Below, piece by piece: positions 11,985 through 22,256 of a stretch of 64,000 nt of DNA. Each line of letters starts with the position of its first letter. Within the stretch, counting starts at the first letter, position 1. The stretch spans positions 89,528,001 to 89,592,000 of the forward strand of contig NC_043004.1 in NCBI RefSeq assembly GCF_006345805.1, read 5' to 3'. The position numbers and the translations under genes were made by a program. Source of the DNA: Octopus sinensis (lineage: Eukaryota). Below the pieces are notes generated by a model. That model worked only from the letters and a program-made list of their open reading frames with translations, had not been told where the DNA came from and ran no database searches.

Positions 11985-12109
11985 TTAAAGATGAACAGAA
12001 TGAAAAGTCCCTTACTTGAAACACATGATTTAGCAACAGGAAGGACAATTTGCTATATTCTATGTTCTGTTCTGCTATTTTTCTCTTTTTTTTTTTTTAC
12101 TGTCTAGGC

Positions 12110-12429
12110 CAGTGGTTCTCAACCATTTTTCATCTATGGACCCCTTTGATTAATATTCTTTTCTGGTGGACCCCTGTAGCCATTCAATGTTCAAAATCTA
12201 TTTTTATAGATACTTCTTTCAAAATTCCTATTTTGCTTTTCATACATTAACTTGTGTAGGTCGAACTATGTAAAAGGTTTGAAAAATAAATTTACCTGTT
12301 TCTTGCAATAAATACATCTAAAGGAAATTTTTTTTATGGACCCTTAATATATACTGTGAATCCATAAATTACTATTTTGCTTGCATGAACTCCCAAAAAT
12401 CTCATTGACACCCCAGTTGTGAACCACTG
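12110..12429. mobile_element. hAT (Charlie-like) MITE
   Basis: TIRs CAGTGGTTCTCAAC and GTTGTGAACCACTG. The 8-bp flanks gtctaggc/acctaaac match only partly, suggesting an old insertion. Confidence 0.65.
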
Positions 12430-12640
12430 ACCTAAACGATGTCACTTTAGTTTGCAATCTACCTGGCCATTTACACTTGAGTGTGCAGTTTAATTCTTAT
12501 TCAAATCAGATCATTTGAAGGTTTTGGCTATGGATACTGCAGTAGACTGCATGCTAAAGTTGCACCAACTAGACTGTCCTCACTATTCTTTACTGTGTCA
12601 ACATCGTAATATCTTTTATACATCTTGTGCTCTCTTCATT

Positions 12641-12660
12641 TATTTCAGGGTATCTGATGA
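12641..12660 (+). promoter_or_regulatory. 3' splice acceptor of ZNF copy 2 coding exon (exon from 12649)
   Basis: Pyrimidine tract + tatttcAG|GGTATCTGATG, conserved in paralogs (exon starts 22075, 33911, 46002, 63049). Confidence 0.75.
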
Positions 12661-12963
12661 TATTGAGATGACACCCTGAAGACTAAAGAATGATATTGCT
12701 AAGGATACAAGGGATTGTGTTTATATAACTTCAATTTTATCGCCATGAACTATTTCTTGTGAAATGCAATTAATTTCATAATGACTGTATTATTTCTGTG
12801 ATGGTGTAACATCAAGATTTACCGAGACTTTTCAGTTGTCTTACATAATTTCTTCCATAACTTTTCATAAAAAAATATTTTTTATTCAAAATATTGTAAG
12901 TAGTATTTCTCTTGAAAATTAAAAGAGAAAGATTTTTCTATTTTGTAAAGAACACTTGAAGCT

Positions 12964-14823
12964 ATGGAGGTAAAAGTGAGTGTAAGTCAGGTCCATAATG
13001 AAACTCAACCTGATAATAATGATGTTTCTCATCAAACAGAGAAGGCATCATACATGTGTGACATCTGTGGGGACTCTTTCAAAATACAAAAATGTTTAAT
13101 TCAACATCAGTCTATACACACAGTTTCCGAACTATATGATTGTGATATTTGTGGTGAAAAGTTTTCTACAAATGAAAATTTATCCAATCACAAACAAATT
13201 CATGCAGAGATGAAACCATATTGCTGTGATATTTGTGGGAAGGTACTTTCTGAAAAGAATGGTTTATTTAACCACAAATGTATTCATGCAGAAGAAAAAC
13301 CATACCACTGTGATATTTGTGGGAAAGAATTCTCTCAAAACAGTAAGTTATTAACCCATAGACGTATTCACACAGGAGAAAAACCATATCGTTGTGATAT
13401 CTGTGGCCAAACCTTTTCTGTTAATGGTTCATTATCTACACACAAACGTAGTCACACAGGAGAAAAACCATATCGTTGTGATATTTGTGGGAAAACGTTC
13501 TCAGCTAGTAGCACATTGTCTACACATAAACAAATTCATACTGGCGAAAAACCATACCATTGTGATATCTGTAGTAAATCATTCTCTCTAAATAGTAATT
13601 TGTTGAAACATAGACGCATTCACACAGGAGAGAAACCATACCACTGTGATATTTGTGGTAAAAAATTCTCTCATAGTAGTAATTTATTAACCCATAGACG
13701 TATACATACTGGGGAAAAACCATACCATTGTGATATTTGTGGTAAAAAATGCAATACTAAGGAACGTTTATTAAGCCACAAACGCATTCACACAGGGGAA
13801 AAACCATACAAATGTGGTATCTGTGGTAATACATTCTCTGATAAGGGGTATTTACAGTCCCATAAACTGATTCATACAGGAGAAAAACCATATCACTGTG
13901 ATGAATGTGGTAAAAAATTCTCTACAAAACAATATCTATCTAACCACAAACGTACTCATGCAGGAATAAAACCATGCCACTGTGATATTTGTGGTAAAGC
14001 ATTCTCTCGGAATAGTCACTTGTTGACTCATAAACGTATTCACACAGGTGAGAAACCATATCACTGTGATATTTGTGGTAAATCGTTCACTCTAAATGGT
14101 CATTTAACTAAACACAAACGTATTCACACAGGCGAGAAACCTTATCACTGTGATACCTGTGGTATGACATTCTCTCAGAGCTCTAATTTATTGACCCATA
14201 GACGTATTCATACAGGAAATAAACCATACCACTGTGATATCTGTGGTAAAACTTTCTCTGCCAATGATTCTTTATCCAGACACAAACGTATTCACACAGG
14301 GGAAAAACCATATCATTGTGATATCTGTGGTAAGACATTCTCTGATAGTAGTTCTGTGTCATCTCACAAGCGAGTTCATACTGGTGAAAGGCCATATCAT
14401 TGTGATATCTGTGGTAAAACATTCACTGCTAGTAATTCATTATCTACACACCAAACTATTCACACAGGCGAGAAACCATATCATTGTGATATTTGTGGTA
14501 TAAAATTCTCTAAAAATTGTAATTTAATGAGGCATAAACGTCTTCACACGGGAGAGAAACCATATCACTGTGATTTCTGTGATAAAACATTCACCTCTAG
14601 TTCTGATTTGAACACACACAAACGTGTTCATACAGGAGAGAAACCATATCACTGTGGTATCTGTGGTAAATCATTCTCTCAGAATAGTCACTTATTGAAC
14701 CATAGACGTATTCACACAGGTGATAAACCTTATCAATGTGATATTTGTAGTAAGGCATTTTCTAGAAAAGGTGACTTATTAAATCACAAACGTTTACACA
14801 GGAAAGAAACTACATCTCTATGA
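12964..14823 (+). CDS. Poly-C2H2 zinc-finger protein, copy 2 (619 aa, 21 fingers)
   Basis: Intact ORF with a ~31-aa leader then tandem CDICGK...HTGEKPY repeats. No KRAB/SCAN/BTB-like domain is evident. Confidence 0.95.
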   Translation: MEVKVSVSQVHNETQPDNNDVSHQTEKASYMCDICGDSFKIQKCLIQHQSIHTVSELYDCDICGEKFSTNENLSNHKQIHAEMKPYCCDICGKVLSEKNGLFNHKCIHAEEKPYHCDICGKEFSQNSKLLTHRRIHTGEKPYRCDICGQTFSVNGSLSTHKRSHTGEKPYRCDICGKTFSASSTLSTHKQIHTGEKPYHCDICSKSFSLNSNLLKHRRIHTGEKPYHCDICGKKFSHSSNLLTHRRIHTGEKPYHCDICGKKCNTKERLLSHKRIHTGEKPYKCGICGNTFSDKGYLQSHKLIHTGEKPYHCDECGKKFSTKQYLSNHKRTHAGIKPCHCDICGKAFSRNSHLLTHKRIHTGEKPYHCDICGKSFTLNGHLTKHKRIHTGEKPYHCDTCGMTFSQSSNLLTHRRIHTGNKPYHCDICGKTFSANDSLSRHKRIHTGEKPYHCDICGKTFSDSSSVSSHKRVHTGERPYHCDICGKTFTASNSLSTHQTIHTGEKPYHCDICGIKFSKNCNLMRHKRLHTGEKPYHCDFCDKTFTSSSDLNTHKRVHTGEKPYHCGICGKSFSQNSHLLNHRRIHTGDKPYQCDICSKAFSRKGDLLNHKRLHRKETTSL

Positions 14824-14851
14824 TATTTGTGATAGATAATTATCCTGTTAA

Positions 14852-15045
14852 CCTGTTAGCATTTAAACTGGCCATATCCAGCCCAAATATTCTACTTGCC
14901 TTATGTTTAAACTGACTGGGTCCAGCCTTTCACACCTACCCTGTAATGTCATTGAAATTTCAAGGCTACAAGATAATTCATGATTAATGCAAAACAATAT
15001 GAACAAATAAGCATTACATTTGACAATAATTTAAATGCTAAAGAG
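14852..15045. mobile_element. piggyBac-like MITE just 3' of ZNF copy 2
   Basis: TTAA at 14848-14851 and 15046-15049. It is a reverse-orientation copy of the 8615/11772 family. Confidence 0.75.
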
Positions 15046-15287
15046 TTAATCAGTTATTATACAGAGAATATATACTAATTCTGCTGAAATTCTTCAAAAG
15101 CTATTTATGTTAAGATAATTAAGTTGTGATAAGATTACAGGCATCCTAGACCAACCACATCCCAATAAAGACATTCAAATGATTGGTAATATCTCATTCA
15201 ACACACTCTAAGCTTTTTCTCACACACAATTTGTCTTTCCTACCCAAACAACACTTTCCTCTGCTCTTCAGATCAGATGAAATACAG

Positions 15288-15925
15288 TGGGATTACTTTG
15301 AGTAATCCTAGATGCCCCTCGATGCAGTTAGCTATAACCCAGATTATAAAAGTACTAGTACCTGCCTGAATATTTTATCCCTATTCATTTTATACATATA
15401 TATATGCGAAAGTAAAGAATATGTACACCCAGTGTTTAGGGTTAGGATTTTTGTTACATCAAAAACTGGTGGTGTACGTATTCTTTACCTCCGCCATATA
15501 TATGTATGTATGTATATATATATATATATATAGCAATAAGAAAATGGAGGAGAACAATAGGTGGTTCATCAACTTTTAGACATTATATTATGTTAATTTA
15601 TTTATTTACTAAACTGATAATTACAATAATATACATACATATAACATATTCTTTACATAAAAGATATAAAATATAGTAATATATAAGGATACCAGTAATT
15701 ATTATAAAAAAACATGAATATAAATTGGGAAAATAACTTACAGCTGTTTCAGCCCATAGATAAAAATACCTCATTCTACCTTTATACATACAGGGCCAAC
15801 AGTTCTCAACTGGTACTTATTTTATCAACCCCAAATGGGGTTCAAAGACAAAGTTGACTTTGGCAGAATTTGAACTGAGAACGTAAAGACAGACAAAATG
15901 CCTCTAAGCATTTTGCCTGGCATGC
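15288..15925 (+). repeat. Local segmental duplicate of 18762-19200
   Basis: Shared GAGTAATCCTAG.TGCCCCTCGAT block, a small ~85-bp inverted-repeat element and the same SINE junction (ACAGGGCCAACAGTTCTCAA). Confidence 0.8.
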
Positions 15926-16179
15926 TAACATCTCTCCTTTTGTTACTCACATTGTATACCCATCCCACAACACCCACGCTTGCCACTTCTTTCATCCCTA
16001 GGAAGAGGAGAAACTTTATTAATAAAACTTATGCAATATCTTTGGTAAATATATTTACACTCGGATTTTATGTCAGTGTTGTGTAATGTTGGAATTGTTT
16101 TGAATATTTTCCTTTGTTGTAAAATGAAAATAATAAAATATGCAGCTATAATTGTAACCACACTCGACTTTATTAAGCT

Positions 16180-16640
16180 GTTTGCTATGCTGGATGTGTG
16201 ATGTCAGTGTGCATGCTTCACACAGCACTGATGTATTGAGAGAGGAGTTGGGCATGAGAGGAATTGTATGCAATGTACAAGAGAGGAGACTATGTTGGCT
16301 CAGTCGTGTGAATTGGAGGGAATTTGTGAAAGATGGATGCCCAGGAAGATATGGGACAAAGTATTGAAGGCTGATCTGAAAATGCTGAACCCTACAAAAG
16401 AGATGTCGGAGGATTGAGATATGTACATTGTTGTTCTCACAACAGTATTGAGATCCTAGAAAAAGCATTGGTAAGGGTTCCAGTGCCCTGTAAAAGGCAG
16501 CCAGTGTAAAGTGGTTGGTGTTAGGTAGGGCATCCAGACCAAAACAGACTATGGAGCCTGGTGCAGCCCCTGGCCTTGCCAGTTCCTGTCAAGTTGTCCA
16601 ACCCATGCCAACATGGTAAATGGCTGTTAAATGATGTTAT
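16180..16640 (+). mobile_element. Degenerate RTE LINE 3' portion
   Basis: LCWMCDVSVH...LREELGMRGIVCNVQERRLCW resembles the RT C-terminus at 41826-42260, followed by the RTE 3' UTR motif. Confidence 0.75.
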
Positions 16641-16789
16641 TGTAACTTCAGGTCAGCTCTACCCCAGCAATTGTATAGCACACAGGGAAACTATGACCCA
16701 TAAATCTATTGTTGCAGTTATACCATTACCTCAGCCTAGCTGAGAGAACTATATTGAACACTTTGACATACAGCAATGAATCTAATGAA

Positions 16790-17153
16790 GAGCACTCCGT
16801 CGATTACGACGATGAGGGTTCCAGTTGATCCGATCAACGGAACAGCCTGCTCGTGAAATTAACGTGTAAGTGGCTGAGCACTCCACAGACACGTGTACCC
16901 TTAACGTAGTTCTTGGGGATATTCAGCGTGATACAGAGAGTGACAAGGCCGGCCCTTTGAAATACAGGTACAACAGAAACAGGAAGTAAGAGTGAGAGAA
17001 AGTTGTGGTGAAAGAGTACAGCAGGGATCACCACCATCCCTGCCGGAGCCTCGTGGAGCTTTTAGGTGTTTTCGCTCAATAAACACTCACGCCTGGTCTG
17101 GGAATCAAAGCCGCGAGTCCGCTGCCCTAACCACTGGGCCATTGCGCCTCCAC
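16790..17153 (-). mobile_element. tRNA-derived SINE (family C), near full length
   Basis: Reverse strand has the GTGGAGGCGCAATGGCCCAGTGGTTAGGGCAGCGG head and a core ending GGAACCCTCATCGTCGTAATCGACGGAGTGC. Confidence 0.8.
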
Positions 17154-18761
17154 AATGAATCTAATAGAAGGCTGCATAACAATCTAGATATTTTGTGCTC
17201 TTTACATTTACTGGTCAATTGTATGCCTGTAACTTCTGGTTGTTGCTGCAGCAGTGGTGAGTAATAAGGATTTGGTCAGAAGGCAAGAGAAACTGTTGCC
17301 TGCTGAGGAACTGTTCTTCTGCACTTATACGTAGTGTGCATACTTGCACTATGTGTATGAAGGCTATTGATGCTACAGTCATTTCTGTGTCTCGGCTAAA
17401 TGAAAGGGATTGTGTTTTCAAATGCAGTAGGATCTCACAAGCTTTGTAGAATGTCACAGGCAATTTTGCAAGTCAGAAGGCATTGTGGCAGACTACCATT
17501 GGCGAGTTTAGCAGAATTATGGCAATACAACCAGAAGGCATTGTGGCAGTATATCACAAAATCACAAAAAATAATGCAAAGAATTATGGACAATACATCT
17601 TGGAAGATTTTTGGAGAGGTGAAAGAGCAAGAAATCTAACTTATAAAATTTGCATTATTTAACAAAATAAATATGCTTAATAAGATAAGGGATACATAAC
17701 CTTTGCAACTGCATCCAGGAGTTGAAAAATTTTGCCAAACATTTGAGCCACATAAACCCAGCTAAATTCTCTCTGCTATTTGCCTTCCAAACCTGTGTGG
17801 CCTTTTGCTCAAGACTGCATGGTTTCCTCATGATTTGTACAGACCCTGTATAAGATACACTTAATTAAATTCCACTCTGGTTGGTAGACTATGAACAAAG
17901 GTGCTGCCACTCATTTTCGAATGTCTAACAACATCTATAAAAAAGATATGTGATGTGGTGCTTATTTAATTACAGATCTCTTCCATGGAGGTGTCTGAGT
18001 TTACATGGTAAATGTTAATGTAATATCTGGCTTGCCTATATCAAGTAGTATTCAGTATTCTCCATAAGTAAAATTACATATCTTTAAAAGTTCCTGCAAC
18101 ACATATACGATGATGAAACTGCATGTAATTTAAAACTTGGTCTATACAAAGAAAACATGTTGAATTGGTGACACAAGCAAGTTCTTCACACTTCATACAT
18201 TTAATTATATCTCATTTAGTTACCAATAATTGTACACAATGTCTGAAGATCACTTATTCATAATCCACTTAAGGCTAGGGTTTTTAAAAATATATTTTGA
18301 CCTAATTAAAGGTCTAGTATTCTGAATTCAAACTTCAAACCAAGGATCTGCATACGGTTAACCTCATAGCAGTGTTTATAGTCGTATCTGGTTTCTAAAT
18401 CTTCCTTTCATATTCTTGGCACTCAAAAACTATTAGTAGGCCAACAAAATAATGCGAGCTAGTCCTACATACACTTAATTCACTTCAAACCATGACAGTG
18501 GACAGACCTTGAATAAAGTTGCTAGACTAATAACCAGTCAAAAGTAACTGGATACAATTGGTAGTCGTCTATGGAGCAGAAATGTGCATTGGACAAATTT
18601 AAACCAAACATGCTGTATAATTGATTGTGGAAATAAAAAATAATATGCAGATGTACTAATTGCCGTATAGTTATCTTGGATGTACTCTCAGTAAAAAATA
18701 TTTAAAATCCAGTGAAGCAAACCCAGGATTTACCACTCGGATGAAATAAAGTGGGATTGCT

Positions 18762-18861
18762 TACTTTGAGTAATCCTAGGTGCCCCTCGATACAGTTAGC
18801 CATAACCCAGATTACAACAGTGCTAGCATAGTACCTGCCTGGATATTTTATCCCTATCCAT

Positions 18862-18902
<41 letters not shown>

Positions 18903-19200
18903 GGGTGTGTGTGTATATATATATATATATGTATACATATATATATATGCATGTATATATATATATGGGTGAAAGTAAAGAATACGTACACCCGGTATTT
19001 AGGGTTTTTGTTACTCCGAAAACGGGTGGTGTACACATTCTTTACCTCCGCCATATATATATATACATACATACAGGGCCAACAGTTCTCAATTTATCAA
19101 CCCCAAACGGGGTTCAAAGACAAAGTTGACTTCGGCAGAATTTGAACCGAAAACCTAAAGACAGACAAAATGCCTCTAAGCATTTTGCCTGGTGTGCTAA
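18762..19200 (+). repeat. Local segmental duplicate of 15288-15925
   Basis: See 15288-15925. The copies differ mainly in (TA)n tract lengths and in an AT-rich block present only in the other copy. Confidence 0.8.
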
Positions 19201-19632
19201 TACTTTTCTACTGTAGGCACAAGGCCTGAAATTTTGAGGGAGAGAGCCAGTCGATTAGATCGACCCGAGTATGCAGCTGGTACTTAATTTATTGATCCCG
19301 AAAGGATGAAAGGCAAAGTCAACCTCGACGGAATTTGAATTCAGAACGTAAAGATAAACGAAATGTCGCTAAGCATTTTGCCGGGGGTGCTAACAATTCT
19401 GCCAGCTCACCATCCTTACACAAACACACACACATATATATATATAACATTTAAATAATGAGGGAGATAAATTTAATATTAATTTAATTTATATCAATTT
19501 AAAACCAGTAGCCTAGCATACAAAATTCTGAAAAATCAGAGAAAATTCTAATACGTGTACATTTAAAGTGCAAAAACCACTAGGTGGTCAGCCGTATGCT
19601 AGAAGTAGATCACCTACGATCAAACTACAAAG

Positions 19633-19691
<59 letters not shown>

Positions 19692-20286
19692 TAGATAGAT
19701 AAAGGGTTAAGAGGTTTTATGCAAGCAAATTTACATTAAAAAAAACAAAAAGAAAATATTTCAAGAACTTTATCATGGATAAAAGAAATATTTGCATTTT
19801 TATCAAAATAAGCTTGTGGGGTTCAGTTTGATCAGATTAAAAAGTAAATAAAAATTAAGGGAGAGATAAGTCAATTTTTAACACTTTTTTATACAACATA
19901 TGACTTCTTTCAAAAAAGGAATGGTAATGAACAGATTTGCTCCTTTTACAACGCTTGCAGTGCCATAATTTTACATCAGCAACGTCACCTGGTGTAGTAA
20001 GGTCACATGGGGAATTACAATTTTCACAGGTGTACATATTGATAATTAGTCAACGCCGTGCCAACCACTGAAGAATGTTGTCTTCAGCTTTTCCTAATTA
20101 GTCGACGATTCCTTTCAGACTGATTCGTCCCTTCACTTTGTTTTCTACTTATCTCCCCCTTAATTTTTATGCACTTTCTTTAATCTAACCAAACTGAACA
20201 ATTACCAGCTTTTGGTTTCTACCTCTTAAAAGGATAATTTAGTCACGCTGAAATAAAACGGAATAAAAGATAGTATATTTTAAATC

Positions 20287-20676
20287 GGCAATCTTTCGTC
20301 TCTAGTAGACCTTTCCGTCGATTTCCGTAAAAAAATTTTTTTTTTTTACATATGGGCTTGCGGGAACTTTTGAAGTAATGAGAGCGAAAGAGACTAAGAG
20401 AAAGCGATTGCATGACGAGGGAAGTTCTTTTGAATTTACCGTCCAGGGGAAGCATTGATGTACATGTGTGTGTGTGTTTGATGGGGTGTGGGAGACAGAC
20501 AGTATGTTGTGTAAGTGAAGTGCTTCTGTTAGTGTGTGTGAAAGAGAGAGATAACTGAATTTTTTTACTCGGTGTATGTATATTACTTCAAAAGTTCCCG
20601 CAAGCCCATATGTAAAAAAAAAATTAATTTTTTTACGGAAATCGACGGAAAGGTCTACTAGAGACGAAAGATCGCC
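20287..20676. mobile_element. GG-terminated MITE with ~90-bp TIRs and 8-bp TSD (Merlin-like)
   Basis: GGCAATCTTTCGTCTCTAGTAGACC...GGTCTACTAGAGACGAAAGATCGCC; TSD TTTAAATC at 20279-20286 and 20677-20684. Confidence 0.9.
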
Positions 20677-21060
20677 TTTAAATCAAATTAATGTTTCATG
20701 ATTATTTCAATTCTTTTTCCCTTTTATGCCAATATGACTAAATCATCTTTTTTAAACGATTGAAATGGGTAAGTATCTTCCGCTATAGTTGCTGGCCGAC
20801 GGAACGTTTGTGAGTGGATTTGGTAAGCGGAAACTTAAGGATGATGGTTGTATATGTGCATTATATCTATGTATATACCATTGTTTTTGTGTTTATCTCC
20901 CACCATCGCTTGACAGCTGTTGGTGTGTTTACGTACCCGTAAGCTAGCGGTTCAGCAAAAAGATTCTGACAGAATAAGTACCCTTAAAATACTGTTGTCG
21001 ATTTAAAGGTGGTCCAATGACTAAAACAAGTAGAAAATAAAAGATATATTATTTCTAGGT

Positions 21061-21330
21061 GAGAATACCGATTCGAAGGTAGCACATTTTACTTAAACTT
21101 AGCCAAGAATAATGTATCTTGAAAGAAAGAAGATATAGCAACGAAAACTTTATAGTTCACTGTACTTGGGGACTATAATAACATAAACAAAACAAAAGTC
21201 CCGCCATTTTTAAATTACAGGAAGTCAAACATTAAGACGACAAGAGTGATTCCCCCTGAATATTTCATCGTAATTATCGTGGATTTGAACTGTAACGTAC
21301 TTGTTAAGTAAACCGAGCTATTTGTTTAAA
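21061..21330 (+). promoter_or_regulatory. Conserved non-coding module B upstream of ZNF copy 3
   Basis: GAGAATACCGATT (21061), CCGCCATTTT (21201, YY1-like), ACAGGAAGTC (21217, ETS-like) and GACAAGAGTGATT (21239). Homologues at 29323/30113, 44694 and 60271. Confidence 0.65.
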
Positions 21331-21444
21331 GACGTGGAAACAGAATAAGTTTAGACTATATGAAGACAGGGAAACGAGAATCATTATCCAAAGGTAGTAG
21401 ATGCAATGAGAAGATTGATTTGAAATTGTGTTTGTTTGTACCAG

Positions 21445-21548
21445 GCGTTAAAGAACAATCGATCATTTCGTGAAAGATCAAATCAGGACGTGAGGTTTTA
21501 GATTTACTACAAATCAAACTTGTGACAGTTGCAATTCAAAAACCTCAG
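21445..21548 (+). other. Candidate non-coding 5'-UTR exon of ZNF copy 3
   Basis: Flanked by tttgtttgtaccAG and CAG|GTAAGT. Confidence 0.5.
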
Positions 21549-21721
21549 GTAAGTAAACATTGTAGGCATTTCAAATGATGTTTATAATGTTAGATTTTCT
21601 TATAAGCCTAATCTTTTTGTTTTTATCTCACTGTATCATTCCTGTAGGGTATCCTTGTAGGGTATGCCTGGCGTTATCTTAATTAGCGTGAGACATTGAC
21701 TTTTTCCAATACCCACTATGT

Positions 21722-21960
21722 AAGCATGGCTGTGTAGTAAAGATGCTGGCTCTTCAACCGCGTAGTTTCACGTTCAGGCCCTCTGCGCGACATCTTGGGC
21801 AAATGTCTTCTATAACCCCGGGCTGTGAGTGAATTTGGCAGATGAAAACTGTATGGAAGTCTGTCGAGTATGTAAGTTTGGGTTTGTACCCCCACCGAAT
21901 GAAAGGCTGTGCTCCAGCATGGCCACAGTCAAATGACTTAAACAAGTAACAGAGTAAAGA
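21722..21960 (+). mobile_element. SINE (family B)
   Basis: GCATGGCTGTGTAGTAAAG head, ending CTCCAGCATGGCCACAGTCAAATGAC. Other copies near 20780, 30740, 31980, 32640, 37900, 38730, 43262, 44210 and 54610. Confidence 0.7.
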
Positions 21961-22256
21961 GTATATCCTACGTCTGTCTTAACATTTGTTCTGAAAGTCT
22001 ATGGTTAGAAATTTCTTCCTTAAAGTGTCAGTATTGTAATGTTGCTTATATCATATTCTCTGTTTATATTTCAGGGTATTTGATAATATCAAGATTTTGA
22101 AGACTAAAGAAATGACATTACCAGCGATATTGGGAATCTTGTTTCACGAAGGTGATATTTGAAGAAACTGTACTCTTGAAAATACCGAAAGAAATATTTA
22201 TCTTGAAAATTAGAGAAGAAAAGTATTTTTCAATTTTGTGAAGAAAATTTGATGTT

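Noticed and set aside
15164-15169. AATAAA poly(A) signals after the genes (15164, 35898, 48433)
   Set aside because: The hexamer is expected often in sequence this AT-rich, so it cannot be assigned without 3'-end data.
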